A stretch of 64,000 bases of DNA from the human T2T-CHM13v2.0 reference genome, Homo sapiens: NCBI RefSeq assembly GCF_009914755.1, contig NC_060929.1. One strand, given 5' to 3'. Position numbers and translations under genes: made by a program. Positions 53,825-64,000 of the stretch are shown here, piece after piece. Numbering within the stretch: position 1 is the stretch's first letter; every line of letters begins with the position of its first letter. Below the pieces are notes generated by a model, which had not been told where the DNA came from, made no database searches, and saw nothing but the letters and a program-made list of their open reading frames with translations.

Positions 53825-56800
53825 TTGGCAGGTTTCATTCATTCATTCAAGTTTTGAATTAAAACACATTTAGTAATTATAAATGGTTTGTGGGTTAGAA
53901 TATAGACAAAATTTTATTTTTCTGTATTGTAGTAAAAAAATCACATTAAACCAAAAGTAACTTGGTCTCAGTGAACATGGCTTGATTGGAGCATTTGCCT
54001 AAGGAAATATTTTTAGTTTCTGAAGTTGTAGCATTCTTCAGTTATTTACATTTTACTAGAACAGAAACCAAAACCACATTTTTATGCTAACTTTCTTATT
54101 TGCTTTCCCATGTGTGAAAATCTTTGTTTATTGTACTCCATTCAGAAGCTGTATTTCTTCAAAATAGTAAGGGTTTCAGCAGAGACACCTTATTTTCTTT
54201 AAAAATACAAATATTTCTAAAATAGCATTTTTTAAAAACTTGCTTTCATTCTTCAAGTTGGTCACTCTTGCTATGCCTTTGATCCTCTAAAATAATTTCT
54301 GACATATATAAAAGGGCAACTTGACATTCGCTGATTGAATATGTAGTAGTTGTTCACAGGAATTTAAATTTCTTTTATAACCTTTACAACTTCCAAAAGT
54401 TAAATGCTTAAACCAGAGTCATTTCCATAAAAAGCACAAAACAGTAAGTATTTGACACATCCATTCAAAAATGTATCAAATATTCCATCCCTGAATGGTG
54501 GCTTTAGATATTTGGGGATATTTAGTGAAGCACCAAATTTATACTATTGTTTTGGCTCACATTCAGGAAAACATAGAAGCAAATAAAATTCTCTCCACTG
54601 TTATTTCTGCCTTTGCTTCAAGACCCCTGCCCAGTAATATCTGACCCTGGGGCAAACACAGTAATCTGAGAAGATATGAAAGCTGAATCCTTTCCCTATG
54701 CCGCTCATAGTAAGGACAGAAAAATGTAAATGTCTCTCATGCCCTACTTCACAGTTGGTTGGGAGACATGTGTTCTAGTCCCTGTTTGAGAGCTTGGGAA
54801 TTCTGAGACTATTTAACTCCTCTAACTTGTTTTCTTATTTGGGATATGTGTATGCAAGTGATGGTGTCCAAGAGACCTGGAGTCCAGTCCAGGCCTTTCT
54901 ATAACCTAGCTGAGTGACTTTGGGCGGTTTAGGACCTTTCCCAGCTATGCTATGTCTTCCAGAGCCACTGATGTGGGCCAACCCCTCCCCAGTCCCAGCC
55001 TACAAACCACACTGTGCCAACGCCCAAGTCTTTCTGTGGCAAACACAAGGAAAGGAAGAGCCTGTCAGAAGGTGCAGTGGCCATGGAAAGAGGAGCCCAG
55101 CAGCTCTGATCCCCACAGGTTCCCAGACCTGTGCTGAAGGAGAATCCTCATTCCCCAGCAGGCAGGCAGGCAGGCACACAGGCCAGACACACTTTCTCCC
55201 TCTCCGTCCCCATAAGGACAACTCTATGTACATGCCCCAAATACCAAGACAGGCATTTCAGTTAAATATTAGTCACTAAGAAAATGGGGTTTTGGAAATT
55301 CACTTTGTAACATGTTTATTCTTTTGCGTGACTGTAGGTTTTGGGGGATTACTTTTCTGATATGTTTGCTTTTACCAAAAAGGAAAACTTACTGTTGATG
55401 TGATCGATGTAGTAGACACCAATCTGAGGGTCAAACCCTGATTCCCATCCCCATGGCAGCTCATCCCCAACACAGTCAGCAAATGACAAGGGCTTCGTTA
55501 ACCTACAACAAACCAGAATAGACACACCAGTGATTCTTTCCCTCAAACCGCATATGTCAAAATTCAGCACCTTGATTAACATCTCTAAACCTCAGATTTT
55601 TATTTGTAAAAATGAAAAAAATACAATATTCATGCAGATATTGTAAGAATTAAATGAGATAGTCTATGTTAAGGATAAACACAAGTTACCTTGTTAAGAG
55701 CTCACTCATGATCATCATCACCAACATCACGATCATCCACCTGAAATACAGGGACTATGATGCTTGAATTTCAAGAGCATGATGAGAATCACATGGGAGA
55801 GCCTTTGTTAAGTGTTTAAACAAGTGACTAGAACATGGTGAGTCTTCAGTGGATTTTAATTTCTTCTTCTCCCTCAAAACTTGAAACTCTTTGAAAGATG
55901 CCAATTTTAACAGGGATTTTTTTAGAGGCTAAAGATAGGTTTCTTTTTTAAAGGAATTTAACCTGAATCATGAATAAAATAAAGCCCTTTCAAAGAATAT
56001 TGTAATTATCTTATTTTTCATTCAACAGAAACCATCTAAGAGTGCAGGATCTCTTGATTAGATGCCAAAGTGAAGGGAAAAAAAATCACCTGAGTCCAAG
56101 CACCCTGAATAAAGTACTTTTTTGCCCTTTCTCTTTCCCTCCTGTCTTTGTCTTCTCCCTTTGTTCCCAACCTCCACTTTATAAGTACATAATTGTGTGT
56201 ATACTATGTGGCTTACACTATTCTGAGTGCTGAGACAGATGGACATTAGATAGACAGGTTCACTGCACTCAATGTTCAATGTTCTAGAAGAAAGCTTGTA
56301 GTCTAAGTGGAGAGTTAATAGTCTCTCTTACTATCCCAGTCATTAAATCCTTAAAACAGGACTTTTCAAACTTCTGTGTGCATGAGAATCACTTGAATGA
56401 TTTGTTAAAAACAGTCTCTTAATTTAAGAAAATGAGAGTCAACGGTTTGGCAACTATTTCCCATTTTGCCTGTGTCTTGGAGGAATTGTTTTGTTTTTCT
56501 GGGACTCAGAAATAGCTCAGTGGCCACATCTTACACAGGAAGAAATGAAGAGCCCTTTCTTTGCTTCCCATGTCTTCTCTCATGTTTTAAAGAATTGTAG
56601 TAAATATTTATTAGCGCTTTGATAAGTGCTTGATGATTTAAAGAAGAGTATCTAATCCATTTAACATACCATCATTGCATTGAAAATTAGAAAAGGCCAA
56701 TTAGCATCTTGACTTAACTGTTTTCAGTGAGGCGATTTTCAAGGTTTAACTAAACTGATGTGTAAAGTCATAGGTTCAGCTGGACAGCATGCATTTACCT

Positions 56801-57744
56801 CCTGTTTCCTTCTACAGATTAGCTAGGATTTCTTTTTTATGTTCCCTGGGGGTTTGAACAAGGAAGAGGTAAGTATTGGCTGAAAGATTTCATGCTCATT
56901 TACAGGGAAATCTTCTTTAGATAACCCCTCCTCCTTTCCACCCAGACTATTCAAATATGTGTCTTTATTGCATATGGCACCGCTATAATGAAAGCAAAGG
57001 CATCACTAATGGATTGATACCATCAATAAAGCTTCTGTTTGGCTGAGGTCTTTCCTTTCAAACCTGAGCTGAAGGTCAATTAGAACAATGATGGAAGGCA
57101 GTTAATTTCCTGTTTATAAATAGAGACTAGAAAATGTAGTATTGATTGCTGCATTTCAAGGAGGGGGACAACTACCCTCAACTGTGGGCAGTCTAGGATG
57201 ATGTAATTTATAAAGCCAGAGAGGACAGTGTTGCTGCTTATATCAACTGAACAATGATTTATTTGACCAAAACCACATTAAGTCTTTGAGTCTGAAATAA
57301 ATAAAATATAGCCCTGCCTTTTAAAGGTTTAAAATTTTAGACATGAAATCAAGATCTGGAAATCATTATCATAATTGTGCATATGCTAATGCTTTTGGAG
57401 TTCAAAGATGGGAAAGATCCACTGGATAATAGGCACTGCAATAGAATTCATAAAGGAAATGGGATTTGACCAGAACTTTGAAGAATGGGAAAGGTCCCAG
57501 TTAGGCATGCCACAGACAGAGAGACCAGACAGTGATGGATCCAGCATGAGCAGTCTTAAATATTGTGTCTGGTTATCAATGTTGTTGTATGAATGAGTTA
57601 GTGACTGACTGACTGACTGAATGAATGAATGATAATCTGGGGCCTGTTACCCTCAGCTCATTTATTTCATAGCCTGAGATAGTTAAGGGGTGACTCACTC
57701 TAGTATACCACAACCCCAGAGTCTTAAATTAAGAGATACAGTAT

Positions 57745-58057
57745 AACAGCATCTACAGGATGTTAAAAGATGGTTCACAAAAAGGAGTTCCCTAACCAAA
57801 TAAGTTTTCAAAACACTGAGGTGAAGTTAAACAGATCACATTTTACTGCAGGCTTCTTGGAACCTTGAACAGGTGGCTATGCCTTGTCATTCTTCAAGAA
57901 GTTAATAGAATACACAACATTTCCCAAAATGATTTGGCCACAGAAATAATGAAATTAATTAAATATGTGTGTAAATATAGACAGATATAGTAGAGATTTT
58001 TATTTCCAGAATAGCTCATAGAGAAAGTGGTTCCAGGGCATACTTTAGAAGCTGCTC
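57745..58057. mobile_element. Degraded hAT-Charlie DNA transposon fragment (subfamily uncertain)
   Basis: caaataagttttcaaaacactg...acaacatttcccaaaatgatttggccacagaa...catactttagaagctgct. Confidence 0.5.
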
Positions 58058-59762
58058 ACACAAAACCGTTTTCTTTTGCTAGGCTTTTCTTAAACCAGGA
58101 GTACCTTTCAATGTGAGTCTGTGCCTATGTCCAGACTTTTCATTTCTTACAGCAACTCTTCCCCTTTGTAATGTCAATTCTAAAAAGCATGTAAAAATGT
58201 CAGAATATGTGGTATAAGATGTGTATTGCATTCTTATTATAAAAGCATATTGTTTTTTAATAGTTTATAAAAGATATATAATTAGGCTATTTGATGTACT
58301 TGGTCTTTCCTGTTGAGTTAACAAATGTCAAAAAACCCATCATATACTCAAAGGAGTTTCTGTAACAGGATAACATTACCAGAAATTCTGGAAGAAAGAA
58401 AATGAGGAGAACTTTATTACTATGAAATGAGAGTAAATTTAATGTGACAAACAAGCGGATAAAATGAAACAATTTTAATTTTGTATTAAAGATAGCTATA
58501 ATGAAATATAATTTTCTTAGGGGGAAAAACCTTTCAGGCTATAAATTAGTTTTCATATATAAAATATTGTTAATAAATTCATTTTTGCCATGGATTTTCA
58601 CTCTTTTTTTCTCGGGTCCTTTCCCTTTTTACTTATCAGGAAAGATAAGGACTCTACTCTGGAGTTAATGTTGATAATTTTACTTCACATAATTAAATCC
58701 CAAGTCACTCATATTTACTCAAGGAGCAATAAGCCTTTAGGTTCTACTTAGGAGGGAGATATGAAGTAGAAATCTCACACTTACTCATTTGACTTTCTTC
58801 CTCTGAAAATATCCTTTGTGACTGACCAGGTTTCTTTCCTTCCTTCCTGGAAAATAAATTCTGCATTGCCTCTAGTGCTGTATATTAAATCAAAAAAGTT
58901 TGGACCCTAATTGTACCTTGAGACCTTGAGCTTCCTACCTGCATAGTTCTTACAAATATTAGAGATTTAGGCCAGAGGAAGAAGTATGAGTGAAGGAAGA
59001 AATATGTGAAAAGCTGTTTATACAACAGTAACACTAAATTTTATGTACTGAAGTTCAATTATATAATGACTCAGAGGACAAAAGAAATGGATGGGAGGTG
59101 GGAGTGAAAAGAGGAAAATAAATATCTGTGCTTTTCCTCTTGTTCAAATGAGGCCTTGGCCTTTTAGTTCCATGGCCCAGGAATCCACAGCCAGATGACA
59201 ATACAATAAAAGCTAACTGTGAAATGTTATGTTTCTAACAACCCAGCTTCTGGCTTGAAGGAACAATGATTTAAAATTCCAAAGTTAACCAAGACTATGT
59301 GCATGTATATTTTTTTTCTACCTTATGACTTCTGACACCTATTCCTACTTAAGATGCTACTCTACTGAAATTCACATTATATAACCTTAGAACTGAAGGA
59401 AACCAAAGAGATATTTCTTAGTTTAATAACTCTTACTTAACTATTGGAGAAATCAAGACACAAAGAAAGGAAAGGACTTAATTTACTAAATTTTGGGTGG
59501 GTAGATACAATTTTGATCTCTTTAATTCTAACAAAGTATCCATTTCACTGTGCTTATAAATCAGATAACCTAACTTATTAGAATTATGTATAGAAGAGGA
59601 TTAAGTGGATTTTGACTGGCTAGCAATAGAAATAATAGTGAGGAAAGTATTCTTTTATGAATAAAACACAAGTGTTTAGAATATACAGATTTTTCTTTAT
59701 TCTCATAGTGAAATTCTCAACAGAAAGGCTATAATGGTCTTCTTTAATTTTATGGATTTACA

Positions 59763-59842
59763 TTAGGTTGGTACAAAAGTAATTGCAGTTTTGGCCATTA
59801 CTTTCAATGGCTAAAACTGCAATTATTTTTGCACCACCCTAA
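59763..59842. mobile_element. MADE1 (Hsmar1-derived MITE), complete 80-bp palindrome; miR-548-type hairpin
   Basis: ttaggttggtacaaaagtaattgcagttttggccatt-actttc-aatggctaaaactgcaattatttttgcaccaccctaa: 37-bp TIRs, 6-nt spacer, TA on the right flank. Confidence 0.95.
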
Positions 59843-60122
59843 TAGAATTGTATGAGTTTAGCCTTTATAGAAGGCTATAATTTTATGGGCTATGAACTTA
59901 TGCAGACTTATGAATAATAGACAATTATAATTAATATGAATTCTGATGAATTATATTGTGATTCATCAAGAGCTTCTTATTCTTGAGAAAAGTTCAGCAT
60001 GAAATAAACCCAACTCTCTCTTCTTTCAAACTCTTCCCTCAATTTGGAAAGATTGTAATGACACTTTGAAAGAGTGGCCCACTCTGGAAAACATCAGAGA
60101 CAGTGTGTATTAACAGCAGTTT

Positions 60123-60335
60123 GTTTTTTTGGTTTGTTTGTTTGTTTGTTTGTTTGAGACGGAGTCTCACACTGTCGCCCAGACCACCACGTCTGGCTAA
60201 TTTTTTGTATTTTTTTTAGGAGAGATGGGGTTTCACTGTGTTAGCCAGGATGGTCTCGATCTCCTGACCTTGTGATCTGCCTTCCTTGGCCTCCCCAAGT
60301 GCTGGGATTACAGACGTGAGCCACCGTGCCCAGCC
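60123..60335 (-). mobile_element. AluY/Sc-like element with large internal deletion of the right arm; (GTTT)n tail
   Basis: ctgtcgcccag joins directly to accaccacgtctggctaa; TSD ttaacagcagttt / ttaatggcagttt. Confidence 0.9.
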
Positions 60336-60706
60336 TTAATGGCAGTTTTTAAAAAGGTGTTGACTTTTCCCAAAGAAATCCCTTTTAGAGAGCAGACGTA
60401 TAGTCTTGGCTTTCAAGCACTGATAAATTTGTAATAAAGTTCTATGGGATTTAGGCTTTGAGGCACAATTTTTTTTTACCTGAACTATACTTTTTTTGGA
60501 TAAATTAATCTCAAGAGGGAATGTTTTTTGTTGAAATTAGTGTGGTGTTTTCTGAGGTATGGATGGCTAAAAGGAACAGAAAGGGAGAACTGAGTAGATC
60601 TTTGTTCTCCTAATATCAAGAGCATAAGATTGTGCCTTTGTCACTGAAGTTCTGTCTCCTTCACTTACTTCACTCCAGATGGGTGTGATAAAAACTGCCC
60701 AGCTAA

Positions 60707-60970
60707 GGCCAGGTGCGGTGGTGCGTGCTAGTAATCCCAACACTTTGGGAGGCCCAGACGGGAGGATTGCTTTAGCTCAGGAGTTCTAGACCAGCCTGGG
60801 CAACATGGCAAGACCTCATATCTCAAAAAATCAAAAAAATGAGCCAGGCATGGACAGGAGGATTGCTTTAGCCCAGGAGGTTGAGGCTATAGTGAGCCAT
60901 GATCCTGCCACTGCACTCTAGCCTGAGTAACAGAGCAAGACCCTGTCTTAAAACAAAACAGAACAAAACA
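60707..60970 (+). mobile_element. AluJ-type element with internal deletion
   Basis: ggccaggtgcggtgg...ggaggattgctttagc J diagnostics; TSD aaaactgcccagctaa / aaagctgctcagctaa. Confidence 0.92.
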
Positions 60971-61140
60971 AAGCTGCTCAGCTAATGATGATGATGAAAA
61001 ACAAATTTTAGCTAAATTTACTATGTGCCAAGTACCGTGCTCAATGATTTGTATGCACTGTCTTGTTTAAAACTCACAACAATCCTATGAAATAGTCACT
61101 ATTATGATATCCATTTTACAGATGTGGAAACTGAAACTAG

Positions 61141-61513
<373 letters not shown>

Positions 61514-62080
61514 TTGAATCTACGTTCTTAGGCACCATTTTATATGAGAACATCTTCAGAACAGACATATACAGAAATATAGGGAACTGTTTCTTCATAG
61601 TGTTCTTAGAGACCCTTGTTGAAATCAAAGCAATGGTAAGAAAGGGTGCTTGATTCACCGAATCCCACTTTTAGGAGAAAACTGGGAATAGTACTTTAAC
61701 TTCCTCTTCATGCTTTCTCTTCCCCTTGAACGAACATGGCTTGCACAATACACCACAGTTCATGAATGTTCCGTGTTATGTTTGTCAAATAACGTAATGA
61801 CATTTAGGAGTGGGTGGAGTGTAGCAGAGGTATTGTAGCCCCCAAATAATTGAAAGGCTTTTATATTGCTATTGATTTTTTTAAAGTCAAAACTCCAACC
61901 ATTCTATGGCTTTAACATTACGGCATTTTTCTATAGTTGAACCAAAATGCTACTTAGGATAAGGACATTCTGCACACTTCAGATTCGTTGAGCTCTCTTA
62001 GAAGCAAATTTTCCATTGTCTCAGCTGCAGCTTGAAAATAAATTGGATGTTACTGGACACTCATCCACAGTGCTGTACCC

Positions 62081-62146
62081 AGGGGCGTGTATGATTACCA
62101 GAGGGATTCAGGGAGGGGCGTGTGTGATTACCAGAGGGAATCAGTG
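62081..62146. repeat. 33-bp tandem duplication (2 copies, 3 mismatches)
   Basis: aggggcgtgtatgattaccagagggattcaggg / aggggcgtgtgtgattaccagagggaatcagtg. Confidence 0.93.
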
Positions 62147-62221
62147 TTACATCCTCTAGGATTCCCTCCAGGAAACCTCCTACCTACCTGTTACAGGTAA
62201 GGACCTTAGGTGTATTCTTAG

Positions 62222-62340
62222 ATGGTGGTTCTCAAACCTTCATGTGTGTATGAATTACTGGGGAGCCAGTGAAAATACAGATTAAAATTCTGTAGGTCTG
62301 GAGTGGAGCCATGTGGTGCTGATGCTGCTGATCCTCCTAG
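62222..62340. mobile_element. MER5A-like hAT fragment
   Basis: gtggttctcaaacctt...gaattactggggagc...gtaggtctggagtggagcc...gctgatgctgctg. Confidence 0.7.
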
Positions 62341-64000
62341 CTATAAGGAAGAAAACTTTTGTATCCTAGTGAAATGAATTGATATACCTTGTTAACTTTG
62401 GGAAAATAAAATCTTTAGGCAACGTTCTACAGTTACTTCTGGTAAGGTTCATGAGAACATTGTAAACTTGGCAAAATTTCTTTTTAGACATCTCCGTAAG
62501 TACAAACGCACAGCACAGTTTGTTTCCTTTGGTAACTCTCACTCCCCAGACCATTAGGTATTCATGATCTTCTACCCTGGAGGCCGCCTCCAAGAGCATC
62601 TCTCTTTCATCCCACTTGGCTCTGTATCTCCAAGACTGTTGCCGCTCTTGTCTCTTTCTGACCCACATCAAAAGTTAACTTTCTCTTGTCCCACACTTCC
62701 AGAGGCTTACCTTCAGGCTCGTTCCAATTGAATCAATTCAAAGCCTTTATCTAAAAACAAACCAGTCAGGGAAGTTGGATAGAGATTTGGCACCGGAGGA
62801 AATTCCTGGGACCCTTGAGGTGATGTCACACAGATATTGGTTATTGTTTGCAGCAACAGGACTCAGCACTTTCTACTAGGCTAGCAGTCTCTTGTACTCA
62901 TTACTTGAGACTATCAGACTTCTTTGCTAATGGACATTTTGTTTTTGTTTCAGAAGTTCGTAGTTGGTATGTGTTGGAAAAGAAAAAGCAATATACTTAT
63001 TCCTTCCCCTTTGGGACAATATCTTTCAAATCTCTCATTTCTGTGCAGCCTCCCAAGCTTTCTCTGCAGCCAGCAATGTCATATACAAGTTGTAGATAAC
63101 ACCGGAAGGCAGCTTAAATTATTTTTCAATATATTGTGAGAGTGAAAACGCCAAGTCATATATTTTAGTGAATAGATGCAACTATAAAAATTCAGTGTTT
63201 CCTTAACTGGCGAACTATAGGGGAGGATTAGGTGACAAGGGAAGTCATTTCATCTCTTCTCTTGGTAAAGGCTTCTACAAAGACTCTAGAGAGTAAAATG
63301 TTTCAAGAAATAAATTTTTTTAACTCTTGTACACAACTATTTATTTTCAAAACATGTTACAAACACTGATTAAACTACCTACTAGCTTAAAGAATAATGA
63401 CGACTATCGGGCGTTCAATTGGTCCTCATGTCTTAATGAAAAAGTTTTTCTTCTGTTTCTGGTAGGTTTTGATTCATTTACCCAACTCTCCCCTCAGTCA
63501 CTTCAGCACAGTGCAAGTCAGAGAGAATGTGTGGGAAAGTGATTAAGAGTACACACTCTTTCCAGAGTCAGGCAAGAGCTGGATTTGGGTTCTTACTAGA
63601 TGTGTGGGCTTGCACGGATAACTTAGATGCTTTAAAATTTGATTTCCACATCTCAATAATGGGTGACTGCTGGGACAGAGAAACATTATGATGTAGAAGG
63701 ATTGACTTCTCCATTAAGAAGAGTAGGTGCAGTATCCACAATACTTTTAGATCCCCCACAAAAGTATTTTATTTGAAAATTATACCAAAAAAAGAACTTT
63801 CTAGTCAAAGAAAATGTTTTAACATACATTTGATTTATACCAATGTAGTCATAAAATGCAATTTTTTATTTTTTTTAATGAAGAAAGAGGCCACAAAGAC
63901 AAAAGTGCCTAGGACCCACAAAAGCCACAAAGGGCCTGTAGTGTATGCCGATCACTCAACACAGTGACTGGCACATGGGAGACATGTTGAAGGTTGATAA

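Noticed and set aside
57590-57632. (TGAC)n(TGAA)n run, and similar TGAA runs near 33355-33380
   Set aside because: Typical L2 LINE 3' tails rather than a regulatory array.

Overview
Repeat-rich, AT-rich, CpG-poor mammalian non-coding DNA (intron or intergenic). It is almost certainly human, because it carries a near-perfect AluYb8 (9632-9937) with the diagnostic 7-bp duplication and a perfect 15-bp TSD. I can support no host protein-coding gene, tRNA, rRNA or CRISPR array, and I cannot identify the locus. The supplied ORFs are Alu, L1, microsatellite or chance ORFs; only L1 ORF1/ORF2 remnants are recognisable. Main content: a ~7.5-kb near-full-length L1PB-type element (minus strand, 22571-30073), 11 Alus, several truncated L1 3' ends, L2/L3/MIR relics, MaLR/ERVL LTRs (including a solo MLT2A1 with TSD), hAT MITEs, a MADE1 mariner hairpin (miR-548-type), a 540-bp almost pure-AT minisatellite and simple repeats. 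Less obvious observations: an unidentified ~550-bp mRNA-like retrocopy nested in an MLT1C LTR, four short templated or fold-back insertion scars (three inside the same L1), candidate cryptic exons (one between inverted Alus, one next to a UG tract), and several motif-dense non-repetitive blocks. Nothing here demonstrates a new biological system; the findings are testable leads. All subfamily calls are by eye from recalled consensus sequences, not from a search.
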